Below the pieces are notes generated by a model, which was not told the DNA's origin, did no database searches, and saw only the letters and a list, made by a program, of their open reading frames with translations. A stretch of DNA of 62,393 bases, filler included, from Syncephalis fuscata S228 (Eukaryota > Fungi > Zoopagomycota): the NCBI GenBank assembly GCA_025786725.1. It is 4 parts of 4 records of this genome, joined end to end, with 100 filler letters (N's around TTAATTAATTAA, not from the genome) between each part and the next. Parts side by side here need not be neighbours in the genome. Positions count along the whole stretch, not along the records: positions 1 to 15,703 come from JAHLTZ010000210.1; 3 more parts are not named here. One strand, given 5' to 3'. Shown here piece after piece: positions 1-13,050 of this stretch. A program made the position numbers and the translations under genes. Every line of letters starts with the position of its first letter. Within the stretch, counting starts at the first letter, position 1.

Positions 1-2245
1 ACACTTGATAACATATATCCATTACATATACTTGTACACTCTATATATGTTACATAGATGGTGTCAGTAGTTGACTGACTATTATTCAAGTACAAACACT
101 ATTTATACTATGTACTTGTATTGCTCTTTTGTAATCTTGCATATTTTTACAAATCACTTTTATTGCTCCGATCATTGACGTTGGCAGCTTTATTGACACA
201 ATAAGTGTATTTCTGGCTTGTTTTTATGTCATGTCGAGCATATACTGTAAAATCTCGTTGTACACTTTATTTATACTATGGATTGCCCTTGCAGATCGCA
301 CTGTATGAAATTGAAGATCTATTTAATGGCCGTACTAGAAGTGCAATTTACTACTACTTCCAGAACGATCTGCAATGGACATCTATAGCATACCAAAGCA
401 TACAACGGATTTGGCGGCATCTGGCCACCATATTTGTCATGTACAGTAGCCAGCACAATGACTATGTTAACGATATAAGCAAACCAAAGTATATAGCAGC
501 TTTGATAGCATAAAAATCATATGCTAGTTTATATGTTAATAAATGTTGATCCATATTATTGTTGCTGTAAAGTATTCATGTTATAATTTGATATGTAATA
601 TCACTCACCATTCAACTCTATGTTTAATATAACAGATATTATTAAATAAAGTCATTTTAACCACAAATTATACTAAATGGTGCATTGCATTAATATATAC
701 ATGCAACAACAACGACTATAGAATAATATGGAATCGATTATATGTTTTCTATTAATATTCAATCAATCTCTTTACACATGACCAACAATGATTGGTCTTA
801 AATGCTTCAAGAAAATCAAATAATATGTTGCGTTGTTTATTTAAATCAATTTTTAACAACATTTTAATAAAAAGTAAATACTTATGTTGCGTATAATAAT
901 GGCATGACTTCAATTGGAACGAATTTTACTTGGGGAACAGATGTGAGAGTCAAAGTAAAATACTGTTAATAAATTGATTTGAATAAATAAGCTTAATAAA
1001 AGAGTTGGAGCCATACCGACAACGACTATAGACAGCGTATAGCCAATATATAATAAAATGATAAACATTATAGTGAATGTGCAATATTGAGCGAGATTAG
1101 CAATGTTCAAGTTATTGAGCATATATGCATGAGCAGATAACCGACATTAGTCGACATTTATAATAATAACGCTAGAACAAAAATACAAAACAGTTTTGGG
1201 TATAGAAAGACCAGGCAAGTATAGAATGATATATAAACAATGTTAAAATTATAGTACAATGAGGGAAATGAGGGGAATGAGTACAGTGTATTGGAACATA
1301 TAAACAATAAAGTGTGTCTAGTATATCATATAGCGATATATACTAGTATATGCATACATAGTAATAACACATATTGTGATAATATATGCATACTGGACAA
1401 TAAATTTACAATAATAAGCATTTGATGATTGATGCCACTTACCATCCCTCACCATGTTCAATAGATTGAACGTGCGGTTCAATTGCGCGAATGTTAGTAA
1501 AAATAGTCATTTAACCCCCAAATCACATTAAATGACTAATAAATTGTTTAGTGTACAAAAAATAGTTATATTTATTTAATTAATAAATAATGTAATATAT
1601 ACAAGCCATAAATCGAGTGGCATTGTACATAAAAAGACTATGAATAAATTGAAATACAGATGAGGGAATTGTTCAAGTGATGGAATAAAAGAAAGAATAA
1701 AGATTAATTGCATAAAAGCAAATATAGTTATAGAACAATGTTTGCAATAAAATAAGAAGAATGGGTATTAATGCATAAACAAATGTTATTATCATAGAGC
1801 ATGATATTATAATTGACAACTAAACTTTTAAGCATTAGATTTAGTATATAAGCAACAGTATTCATTGAATGTTAAATAAAATACCTGTAAACATACCTAT
1901 TCTAAACTACGCCTTTGTATTTGTAATTAAATAGTGATCCATCAATAAAGAAAGAAAAAGAGTTAATAAGAAAGGTTAGTATAAATGGCTATACCCGGCA
2001 TATCGCCTGAGTAAAAGAAATGTTTAAAATAGCAGCTACTAGTACAACTTTCTGTTATATTTAATTGTATTCTATGAAAGCGATAATGAGCAGTAATATT
2101 ACGTTAATACTTATTGTGAATGATGATTTAAATACAAATCAATCTAAGCAAATTATTACGATCGATTACGTAAAAAGATTTAATATCCTGAGGGAAGTCA
2201 AAGTAAACTTCGACACATTTTATTTATGCTAATGGTAATACATAA

Positions 2246-3478
2246 TTACTCGAGTGATAATTCAACTGCAAATGCTACGGCTATTTTGGTAAAACGAAGT
2301 GCATGGTCAAAATTCACCTTATCAATAGTATCTTCAGTAGTATGAAGAATACGGTTATCGCTTACTTTGGCCGATTCAAAAGAAATAGCTGTCGGGTAGC
2401 CAAGCCTATTCCACGAATAATGGTCTGAACAGCCATAGCCACACCGGTCATCTTTAGTGGTGACATCTGGCAAATATTGTTTAATTATTTCTTTGATTGT
2501 AATCGTAAGATTTGGATCAGCGTTATCGGTAATAATACCTATTTCGTTCGGACGGCCTTTGACAGGCGCGCCAGTCATGTCTAGTTGCAGCATACCCGCC
2601 ACCTTACGCTTGGCCTGCTGATAACTGTGCGCAACATCTTGTGATCCCAAAAGACCGTCTTCTTCTCCAGCATACCAGTGAAATTCAATTGGACGCTTTG
2701 GCTTGAATCCAGAATTAATTAAAGCACGGAATGCTTCAATACTGGACACAGTACCGGATCCATCATCGTCAGCACCTGGAGCTCGACCTGCACGATCCTT
2801 ACTATTGGTAGAGTCCAGATGAGCACCAATAATAACCGCTTCTTCTTGGTTTTTCTGACCTTCAATTCGAGCAATGATTGAAGATTGGATAAAAGCATGC
2901 TTAAATCCAGTTACTTTGACTTCAACTCCAGGTTTGGCAGTTTTAGCTACTTCTTGTACTTTGGAAAGCAGCCATTTGGATGCATTGGCTCCATGTTCGC
3001 TATCGTAACGACGATTAAAGAAAGTTACCAATTTTTCTAACGTTGCCTTCATTAATACGGTATTACAACTAGCGATAATAGGAGCCACCTGATTTTTATG
3101 AGACAAAACAACAGGCGAGTTTCTAACGAATCTTTGGACGTCTTTAGCGAAAAAATTTAGCTTCTGAACGCGATGAGGTGTATCTACGTTTTCAATCATA
3201 TCTGGATGAAAAGTAACATCCATGAATTTACGGTCGGCTTTTCTAATATTCCAAACTTGCGATTCAGACATCCACGTAGGTGACTGGTCTACTCCTTGCT
3301 GAATCAAATGAAAGCTCTCGCCTTTCTCGTTCGTTGGAAAGCCATTGGCGTTTGTTTGGGTATGCTTGAATGGAAGAGAAGGGAAGCGATTGGCTGATGT
3401 TGGCTCGGCTGGTGCGGCATGTACATAAGCTGCTGCCGCTAAAGCCAATAAAATAAAAGTGTTGATCTGTGGCTGCAT
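2246..3478 (-). CDS. LAP1: Secreted leucine aminopeptidase, peptidase family M28 (prepro-enzyme), intronless
   Basis: 410-aa ORF with signal peptide (MQPQINTFILLALAAAAYVHA) and M28 zinc-ligand motifs GAHLDS, PGADDDGSG, GEEDGLLGS, LQLDM, CGYGCSDH. Confidence 0.95.
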   Translation of the reverse strand: MQPQINTFILLALAAAAYVHAAPAEPTSANRFPSLPFKHTQTNANGFPTNEKGESFHLIQQGVDQSPTWMSESQVWNIRKADRKFMDVTFHPDMIENVDTPHRVQKLNFFAKDVQRFVRNSPVVLSHKNQVAPIIASCNTVLMKATLEKLVTFFNRRYDSEHGANASKWLLSKVQEVAKTAKPGVEVKVTGFKHAFIQSSIIARIEGQKNQEEAVIIGAHLDSTNSKDRAGRAPGADDDGSGTVSSIEAFRALINSGFKPKRPIEFHWYAGEEDGLLGSQDVAHSYQQAKRKVAGMLQLDMTGAPVKGRPNEIGIITDNADPNLTITIKEIIKQYLPDVTTKDDRCGYGCSDHYSWNRLGYPTAISFESAKVSDNRILHTTEDTIDKVNFDHALRFTKIAVAFAVELSLE

Positions 3479-4283
3479 GTTGATTTGCTTGAAGTGATGC
3501 TTTGTCTCGTTAAGCTTAGATATGCAGAGTGGTTAAAGCAGTTGGTAGTTGCGTAAAATACGTTAACAAGTTTTGAAATGTGGTGTGTTGTAATTGATCG
3601 TGTCCGAGGAAAGCAAAGCAGGTGATGAATATTGTGCTATTGAAATACAAACAGCTATACGAGTATTTATACTTGGTAAAAATAAATTAAGTACTGCTAT
3701 TTCTAAAAAACAAGTAATTATTTGGTTGAAGTTGAACAAAAGATTCCCAGAATTGATGATGTGTTGCACCAAAATTTTTCTTTATCGCAGCCTTGTTCTT
3801 GGCGTGACTTCATTGTATGACCAGATTCTTTGGAGATTGTTGGTGGCAATTCCGATGTTTCAAGATGTATGAGAAAGTGTCTATACACATAAAGATCATT
3901 GTCCGTCATAATTGTATGGCTGAATTATACATTTACTTGAGGCCTATTGCAAATAAATGATGGGACTTTTATGTTTACTAGAAAATTACAATGCGCTTTC
4001 AAATATTTTTTCTATTGCCGAATTATTTAATGAATAACAGCTTTACATGCAAATAACATAAATGCAATAGTATAAATAATTTTAAACCTTACGGCTATAC
4101 TCTATTGGTATTTAATAGGTCTAATCTATGGTTATCCGAGTACAACAATAAACACCAGTAAATAATATAAAAAACAGGCTATTGCACCTCCTATCAGTAA
4201 CCGAAACACCTCGTGTAAAATTGTTGTTGCTGAAAGAGTCGGATATACGTAAAACTAATTGTATACTAACCTCCTTAATAGAC

Positions 4284-4331
4284 AACGTGGGTTTAATAGA
4301 AAACGTGGATTTGGCAGATAACGTGGATTTG
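4284..4331. repeat. Three copies of AACGTGG(A/G)TTT at 18-bp spacing
   Basis: AACGTGG starts at 4284, 4302 and 4320, in the divergent intergenic region between LAP1 and MPC1. Confidence 0.6.
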
Positions 4332-5095
4332 TTTGTAATAGAGGTACCTTAATATCCACTGAATGCTCGCCTCATTTTTTTATGTTGTCGAATAAGTAAA
4401 ATGATAGCAACATCCCTAAATACACTTAGTCTAAAGCTTTATTATTTGCGCCGAGCTTGCAATCAATTGAAATAAACATATTATTAAGCTTTCCAGCTAA
4501 TTGTGATGCAACCAATAGTTCACAAGAGATGTTGAAATTGACTAATCAATAACTGCACACTAACCACATTAGTGTAACACGACGCATAACATTTATAATA
4601 GTATATACTACGTATTAATATACTAGCTTCAAGTTTTGAATAGCAAATAATCATGCTATTTATTGATAACAATTTTATTTCTAGTATTTAAAAAGACTAT
4701 GACTCATTTTATTTATTTATATCTAAATAGACCAAGCTAAATGTGCAAAAATACATCTACAAGTAAACAAATAAGTTTATTAATAAAGCTTGACTAATAA
4801 AGAATAAAACTACATAGAGCAAAATAAACCACATAAACAATAATGAGGAAACTATATTGCATACGATTGAGTAAGTGAAATGAATCAATGTCTATGGAAA
4901 ATATAATATACTTAATATACCATAAAATGATATGTGGTATTAGGAGTATACAAGGGGAAGAGGACATATGCATACAAAATAATAAATCAACAATAATTTT
5001 AAGAGTAATAGCTGTTTACTTTCATCTTTGTTTCAAACCAGTTGAACTGACATCTTATTTTTCTTGATCCTCGTACATTAACGCTCAATAGTAAA

Positions 5096-5846
5096 ATGGC
5101 CAGCAATATTGTGTCGCGTGCAGCACAGAAACTGCAAAGCAAAGAGTTTCGCGACTATCTTTGCAGGTAAGTGCGATATTCATATAATAGTCATAACGGT
5201 CGAATTCCTACTAACAGCTACATCTATCAATTGATCTATTTATTCTTCTTTATAAACATATACGCATTCATCGATCAGTACGGTGAGTTATATTATTTCT
5301 ATAGTATACTGTTTAATAATATGTCTATTGGCATGTCTAGCACTTTTGGGGTCCAGGCAAGTAGTAGAATAATAACAACACGTCGGTATTACTAATACTT
5401 ACATTTACACCATCATACAGTTGCTAACTGGGGCTTACCTTTGGCAGCCATGTCGGATATGAAGAAAGATCCAGAGATTATTAGTGGATCCATGACAACA
5501 GGTAATGCTGGCCTGTAACACTTGATTAATTGCATTTCTAATTTTATTATTCAATGATGTGCAGCACTATCGCTGTACTCATTGCTATTTATGCGATTTG
5601 CATGGGTGGTTATTCCGCGTAATCATCTGCTGCTGGCCTGTCATGCCACGAATGAAATGTGTCAATTAACGCAAGGTTATCGATTTATTAAGTACAACTA
5701 GTAAGTTTTCTAAAGACATGTTTACAAGTATCTATTGAATGCAGCGGATTTACCAATACAACATTACACTTTTCTTCGATTATAGTTTTGGTGGAAAAGA
5801 GGAGAGGATGAAAGCTGCCGCATCCAACTTGTCAAAGGACAATTAA
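5096..5846 (+). CDS. MPC1: Mitochondrial pyruvate carrier 1, 6 exons
   Basis: Manual splice of exons 5096-5166, 5279-5282, 5341-5356, 5421-5501, 5565-5700 and 5786-5846 gives MASNIV...[39 protein letters not shown]...[10 protein letters not shown]...[14 protein letters not shown]. Not found by the ORF track. Confidence 0.95.
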
Positions 5847-5917
5847 AACTTGAAATAAAAGGAACGAGCAAAGGAATGAAGCGGTTTAGCGTTTGTCTTG
5901 ATTCCATATGAGCATTA

Positions 5918-8505
5918 TTACGCTTTTTCTTCGCCAACTCGTTGAGTGTAATCAAGACGGGCTTGAGTATAAAAACACATATATCTGAACCATTTTTATA
6001 GTTATTATTATTAGTATTATCAAAGTAGTAATAATAAAGCGTGTTATGGGCATCAGGTGGCTATAGTTATTAAACTAAACTACTTACGCTTTACTGGCCA
6101 GTACTTGGACACGATCCGTTAGCGTAATCATTGTGTCATCAAAGTAAAACCACTAGAAATAGTTGGTATGCCTAGTACATCAGTAACTGTTTACACAACC
6201 TACCTGATCTCGACAACGGGCATACGCTGTATAATGTCCATTGTCTAATTTGCCTTGGTGACACACAACGGCGTAGAGCCGATATTGACAGGCAGGAGAT
6301 GATCTACAGTAGATTAAATAGGAAATAAGCATAAAAAGTCATTTATGCTAATAACGTACGTTGGAGTGGATTTGTGAGCATTTGCACCCCGAGCCCGTGA
6401 AGTAAACTGTGTCATATCCAACGTTTCAGGAAATCGAATATGTGATTCAATCTTGCTAGCATTTTGGCTATGTTCAAATCGCTAATGAATTGTTAATTAG
6501 CAATGCAGCAATAATAACAATATATATATATATCTAAACACACTTTAAATTGAAAGCTTAATACGGGTGGTAGTCGACGAATAGACATTTGCTTTGTAGC
6601 TGACTGTAAATAAATAATTGTGAATATACGTCAATTACTACATTTAATTCCTTTGTTCAATGATTACCTGGGAGTTATTACCGCATTTGCTGCAGGTATA
6701 TTCGGTGGCATCCAATTTCTCTGCTTGCGTAAATCTATTATCGATTAAGCGTTCAATTTGTTTGACAGCTATTTTAGACTATTATTAGCAATTAATTACC
6801 GTTCTAAACAGCCTAATAGCGAATTGGCATGATCATCCGACGATTTGTCAGCGCCATTTGTATGATGTGAACTGGCTAGTGACGATGATTTCAATGGACG
6901 ACCATGAGGACGGTGAGCAGATGTGTTCAAATCAAGCGATATATCCAACATTGGATCAATGACAGTTGTTACATTATCACAAGCCAGACAAGTGACATCA
7001 GATTGTAGTTCACCGGCAAATGTGGCATGAACAACACATCGACATGCATCCATACTACTGCCTAGTAGCATCGATGTAATTGTAGCAATATGCGTTAATG
7101 AACCGACTGATGTATCAGGCATACCCACCTTCTAGACTAATGTGTAGCTGATTAAGTGCTGATATGAAAAATTCATGAGCATCCTGTTGTGCATAGCCGG
7201 CCAATTCTGACGAGGAACGCCATATAACCTGCAAAAAATTGCCTGGATTAAATGGTTCTTTACGTCCTGAGTGGAACTAGTTGATATGCAATTATAACAA
7301 GTTTAAGTCGCCAGTCGGTATAATAATGCTTATAAATCTACCTCAGAAAATAGCCGATCTAGTTCGCAGGATAAACAGTTTTCTCTTCGGCATTCGTGGC
7401 GTGGGTGTCGGTCACTTAGGAAATAAGTGCGTAAAAGTGGATTATGGATAAATGCCTGAAGAATGACGCTCATAAAACACGTATTACCCATATTACGTAG
7501 ACCACGTAGGCCTAAGTAGTTTGTTAATTAAATCAATAAACTAAACTATACACTACTGCGCTCTTAAGCAATTACCGCCGCATGCCTGAATACGTGTGCG
7601 TGCTCGTATTAATCCGGCCTCCTCTTCGCTGGGACGCCAATCAACGTAACGTGCCCGCTTTAGGCCTGGTTCTATTTCCAAGTTGTCAGTTAGTTGCATG
7701 GCGTATAGGGTAAATAAGAGCAACAGCTAATAGGTGTGGTATTTAACGTGGTAGCTTACCATAGATCTGTGTCAGCATATCATGGATTCGGCGTGATTCT
7801 ACCGCATAGGCTTTGTCAAGTTCATGGCTATAAATAAAATCGTTACAAAGTCGACAGTGTACAAGACATCGTTCGAAATCGACCGCTATCCGCATATATG
7901 GATCAGTTCTACCGGTGATGCTAATATTATTTCTAATGCTTATCAATCGGTCCTACCAAAAATATGATCGCGTTGTACAAGATGCGCTTGGATATGACCG
8001 CCACGCCAACAACCAATATAAACGCAGTGGATGCATGCGTACAATCGACCTAGTGGATTAAGACAGTTTAAACAAAAAGCCCGCGGCAATTTCTATATAC
8101 ACATAAAACATACAATTAGTTTCGACCGGCAAGCAAGTATAGTCACCGCCTCTTGTTATCAACCGGCCGCTTACTGACCTTGCCACGTTTACGTTTACCG
8201 GTCTCAGGAGCAACAGGCGCGCCTAGCTCTAGAGAAAACTCTATGCGATGTCGGTAAAGTAGAGCATAGCGGACAATCATACGAAAAGAGTCAAGTAGAT
8301 CGCGTTTGCGAGAGCGCATGTGTTCGCAGCCTTCGCTGGGCGCTGAAGATGCAGAACCGCCGCCAGCTGTTGAAGAAGCGGCCGTTGAAGCGTTGCTACC
8401 ATGACCGCCTGTCGCGGTCGACATGGCCATTGACATTGACGTGTGCGCATTCGTAGAATCGCCCGAACGGGATGACCGTTGCAAATTACCACTTTTTTCA
8501 GACAT
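5918..8505 (-). CDS. UBP8: SAGA deubiquitinase Ubp8/USP22 (ZnF-UBP + USP domain), multi-exon
   Basis: Cys box [15 protein letters not shown] (about 7470-7512), [21 protein letters not shown], His box [20 protein letters not shown] and last exon AYMCFY. N-terminal ZnF-UBP (CEH...CIHC...C...H...H...CRLC). Confidence 0.93.
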
Positions 8506-8988
8506 TGTGTCAGTAGAAGATGAAAGCCTTGCTTGTTAATGAACCTAATAAAAGAATGTAGCTGTCCAGTAAGAGAGCGGATATTTTTGAACAGTAAGGG
8601 ATCGAGCTATTAATTGTTATGGTCAGATATGGTCATTGGATAAGGTTTGATTCAATGTGAATTGCACACTCGACTCGATACTATTTTGGTGCTTTGCTAT
8701 TGAAGATGTAGACCATAAGTCAGAATTCTAAATGTTCAAATTCTTACATAATGCCCCATATCTTTGTTAATATGCAATGAAATAATTTGGTTGTGTTTAT
8801 AGTACAATAAGGTAGCATATTAATGTAACAATACAACACCAAGTTAACATGAGATATGGCTGATTATGGAGACTATAAATAGGTATCAAGTTATGATAAC
8901 ACAGTGGTTTATTAAATTGTAACAAACAACGATGATTTATTAATAAAACTTATTAGATTATAACCCAATGTAAAATTGCAATAAACTA

Positions 8989-10280
8989 TTATACTCGCTT
9001 AGCGTTGGGTGGCATAACGGGTACTTGATTGAATATGGCTAGAGTGGCTCTGTATTTTTCAATAAGATTTTCCGTCAAAGTTCGTTCATTTACGTTAGGA
9101 TTGAGCATGAGATTCATGACGGCAATTAGCGGCTTCAATGTTGTTCGAGCATTGGCGATCATATTCTTATCGTTCTTCATGGCAAGGTGCGGTGATTTGA
9201 AAAAGCTGTCAGGGAGCTCTGCTTTAGGATTGTAATTGGCGCTAGCATCTTGTCCAGATAGCATCTTGTATAGTACGGCACCAGTGGCCCAAGTAAGCTT
9301 TTTAGAAATAATATCTTTTGTATCTTCTTTTTTAAGAAGGCCAGGTGCCGCCACATTTGCTGCATTTCCCAACGGTTGAAGAATGTTCATTGATGCCTCT
9401 AACTTTCCGTACTTGTCAGAATTTAAGCAAATATCTAAAGTACCAGTTAGTTTGATTAGATAAAGCGACGGCCGATAATAATAGACTACTTACAGTCTGG
9501 ACCAAAGTTTGTATACAAAAGACCGCTTTATTCATAAAAGTTATACCTATACACGAAATAAAGTTAGTATTAAATGATAGTGATATAATGATAATAATGG
9601 CTTAATTTAAAGTGTCACTTACCTTGGACAATTTGGCCAAATATTGGACTTATTTTGGTAAACTTTTCTTCGATCGATAACCCATGGTATAGTCGATAAG
9701 CTTTTTGGCACAAGTGTTTTTTGTAACGTAACATTGATGGGATTTGTTGGGAGTTTCGGTAGTAAAAAGTAGCCCGTTGATGAATTTCAAACCATTAATA
9801 TTGATGGGTCTGACGTGAGTGCTGGATCTCCTGGCTTGCCGTTTTGAACATCGTGATAATTGGATACAATCTAAATTACAAGATTAGATGGTGCGACGAG
9901 CAATATTATAGATTTACCTTTAATGCCTTGTACGGGGTGGCAATGGCTTTATCCCGGTAGGTACACATCGAATCTCTCCTTTAACACCATCGTATACTGC
10001 TTCTGCGCCATGTATGCCATAGTCATCGACAGGTAAGCGTCCAACGATCTGTAGCTTTGGATTACTAAAAACACCAAGCTTGTTTAATGGGGTTGAGACA
10101 AATGGATCTATAAATAATACAACAATTATTAATTAGTTTATATTGATGTGGTATCAGTCAGCTATGCTTACCACTATTGTTGGGAATAGCGTCGGCTGTG
10201 GCCACTTGCAAGTTAGCGCCTAGGCCTGCAAGACATATAGCGGCAGCAATAGGAAAAAACGTAAGATTTTTGATCGACAT
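8989..10280 (-). CDS. Secreted kinase-like (pseudokinase) protein, 5 exons, with about 4 single-base frameshifts in the assembly
   Basis: Signal peptide MSIKNLTFFPIAAAICLAGLG. Kinase-fold remnants PIFGQIVQ-GITFMNKAGLLYTNF (subdomain VI), WATGAVLYKMLSG (IX) and LMLNPNVNER (XI). Same intron positions and phases as the 53320-54840 gene. Confidence 0.7.
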
Positions 10281-11809
10281 GATAATCTATTCTGATCTAA
10301 ATGAAGAGTTGTAGTGATGAGTGCGAATGCTGAAGGAATAATGCCGTAAAATTGGCAATATTTATACAGAACCTTCTAATGCTTTTACATCACGCGTATC
10401 AGCTGTTATTTGATGCATGCCAAATTAAAACATCCAACTGGCTTGTTTGATAATAAAACTCCAAACGAATAAAAATAAACCGGAATTCACAGATAAGCAA
10501 GTTTTATTGTGCGTGTTTATTGCTGTATACCATAACGGCCACGTGATGTAAAATGGAAATGTTAATTCAATGATAAGCAACCGGTCTTCTAGTTATCTTA
10601 CAGGCTTTGCCATAATGATTAGTGTTGTGTTTATTGAAATTTCTGTTAAATAAACCAAGTTATGTCGCATCAACGTGGTTTTACTAAATAAATATCAAAA
10701 TTATGCATGGCAACAATACAATGTTTTGGATCGATTTAATTAGTAAGATTGGCGTGTCATACATGCTGCATTCAATTCTCAAAACCTGTAAGACTTGGCT
10801 CGTTTTTCTTTCACATTCAATATATTGCCTATTAAGAAATAATGTAATTAAATTTTATTAATGTATATGGAATAAAATGCAATTTTTTACACATTGATAG
10901 ATATGTTAAATGTAGAAAATGACAACTTTTAAGTAGAATTACAACAGTCGAGGCCGCAAAGTATATACTTGTTTACTCGCAGATTGGTGAGGACATGTTT
11001 GAAGTTTATACAGTCGTAAGTCTCAGATCCAGTTTTTCACGGGATTGTTTGCATTAAATTTTGATAATTTTGTATGTACACGTATAATAAATTGTCACGA
11101 TTATAACGAAATGATTACTATTATGCTTTGATATAGCTATTGTGAAGATTTGGCCCAATGTAAATATTGTCTGCTTGACTTATATTATTTCATTATATTT
11201 CATACTGCACTGAAAACACAGTTGTAAGCTAAATATATATTATACATTACGTTAAATCATAAATGTAGTAAAAGCCACTAAATTTAAATATAAAGAAAGC
11301 ACACATTTGTACAATTGACATAATGTTTTACATCATCTATTGACATTGCTAAACTTTTCTGTCATATATATTATTTTTACATGTCAATAAATAATGCGAC
11401 AATAATGATATCCAAGTAGAAACAATACATCGCGCCACAAACACTTCAAACACGACAATTGTATTGTGTATGTGTGACAATCATCATTACAATCGTTTAT
11501 TCATAACAAATGGTATTATTTTACAATAAAATAGCTGCCTATCAGCTATGATTTGATTTGACTTTTGTTATTTAATAGACTATAATCAACTGTTCCTATT
11601 GTATCATACATAAATAGAAATAAAATAGCACTTTGAATAACGGAACCATTGAATAGATTAAATATGGCAGTGACGTGCAATATTAATGTATAAAACAGGA
11701 GAAAACAAAGGTGGCTATTGTCGCAGCTATTAATAGCACTTGTTTTGTTTTCCTACTTAGTTGCTAGCTTTCTAATCGCTTGTTCTACGCATTGCATTTG
11801 GTGGCCACA

Positions 11810-13050
11810 ATGCCCGACTTCAATACAACAGTTCAGGGTTTTTTGCACTATTCGCCGTCTTGGCGGGTTCAGGTGTTTTCTGGCTACTATTTCCAATGTA
11901 GTATAATATATTTGTCGAGATTCCCGGAAGGCTCGCGTCAAGTGGTGAGTAATCGTACTAGTTGGCAGGTCTGCTATGGTTATTAATTGGTGCTGCTACC
12001 CATTATAACAGGTCGACAAACCATCCGACTACGATATGCCATACGAAGATGTTGGCTTCGTTCACCAGATGGCGTTCGGTTGCATGCTTATTTAATTACA
12101 CGGGCTACACCTAGTGAAACGGCCAATGCGCCAACAGTGTTCATTGCCAGGTAGGTGAATCAGACCTCCGCTACTATATATTTGAGCCTCATAAAACAAT
12201 TATAGGCAAATGCTGGCAACATGGGCCACCGACTACCTATTGCAAAGAACTATATCATCGCTGTAACTGTAATATATTTATGCTATCTTATCGCGGGTAA
12301 GTTAGAAATAGCTATCTAGTTGTAATTGCACTATATACAATATATGCCACTAGATACGGTCTGAGCGAAGGTGATGCCAATGAGAAAGGCATTAGACTGG
12401 ATATGCAAGTAAGTAGCTATGCCGGCTATTATGGCAAATAATAGACAAATGATTAATGTTTTGCTATCAGACAGCCTTGACATTTATTCGTGATCACGAT
12501 GTGATCAAAGATACACGTATTGTTTGTATGGACAATCTATTGGAGGTGCAATAGCGATTGATCTTGCTGCCCGTAATGAAGAAAAGTATGTTGTGTGAAA
12601 CTGCGCTGTGTATGTCATTATTGACATATTGTTTATATTAGATTCATGCTTTGATGTTAGAAAATACTTTCTCAGTGTGGTAAGAGAGTCGATATCGTTG
12701 TATTTACCAACACTAATCAATTATCACTGTTATACCAAATAGCCCAAACTAATCCCCCACGTTATGCCTTTTCTTTCCTCGGTGGCGTTCATGTGTCATC
12801 AGCACTGGGCATCGGAGGAAATGATTAGACAACTAAGGCGTATTCCTATTTTGTTCCTGGCTTCTGGTCAAGATGAATTAGTACCACCTCTTCATATGCG
12901 TACACTTTATGATCTTGCCAATACTACGGGCGGGTCTACATGGCGAGAATTCCCTCACGGAACTCATAACGATGCGTGTGTGCAGCCGGGCTATTTGAAG
13001 CTGTTGAAGGCTTCTGGCGTGAACACGTTGTTGGACCAGCCACACAATAA
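11810..13050 (+). CDS. BEM46: Bem46/ABHD13 alpha/beta hydrolase, multi-exon, with several homopolymer frameshifts
   Basis: Motifs ANAGNMGHRLP, MLSYRGYGLSEG, YGQSIGGA (nucleophile elbow), LENTFLS, DELVPP and GTHND. The frame is restored by adding one base at homopolymer runs. Confidence 0.9.

Noticed and set aside
205-1260. Short hydrophobic ORFs (205-513 +, 910-1122 -)
   Set aside because: They may be remnants of a membrane-protein gene, but I could not build a splice model or recognise a family. AT-rich DNA yields such ORFs by chance.
3563-3909. Overlapping short ORFs upstream of LAP1
   Set aside because: No motifs, non-ATG or weak starts, and they lie in the LAP1 promoter region.
11810-13050. 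BEM46 (and CDC23, ASRGL1) as pseudogenes or programmed-frameshift genes
   Set aside because: The lesions are single-base losses, mostly in homopolymers, with catalytic motifs intact. CDC23 is normally essential. Sequencing error is the simpler explanation.
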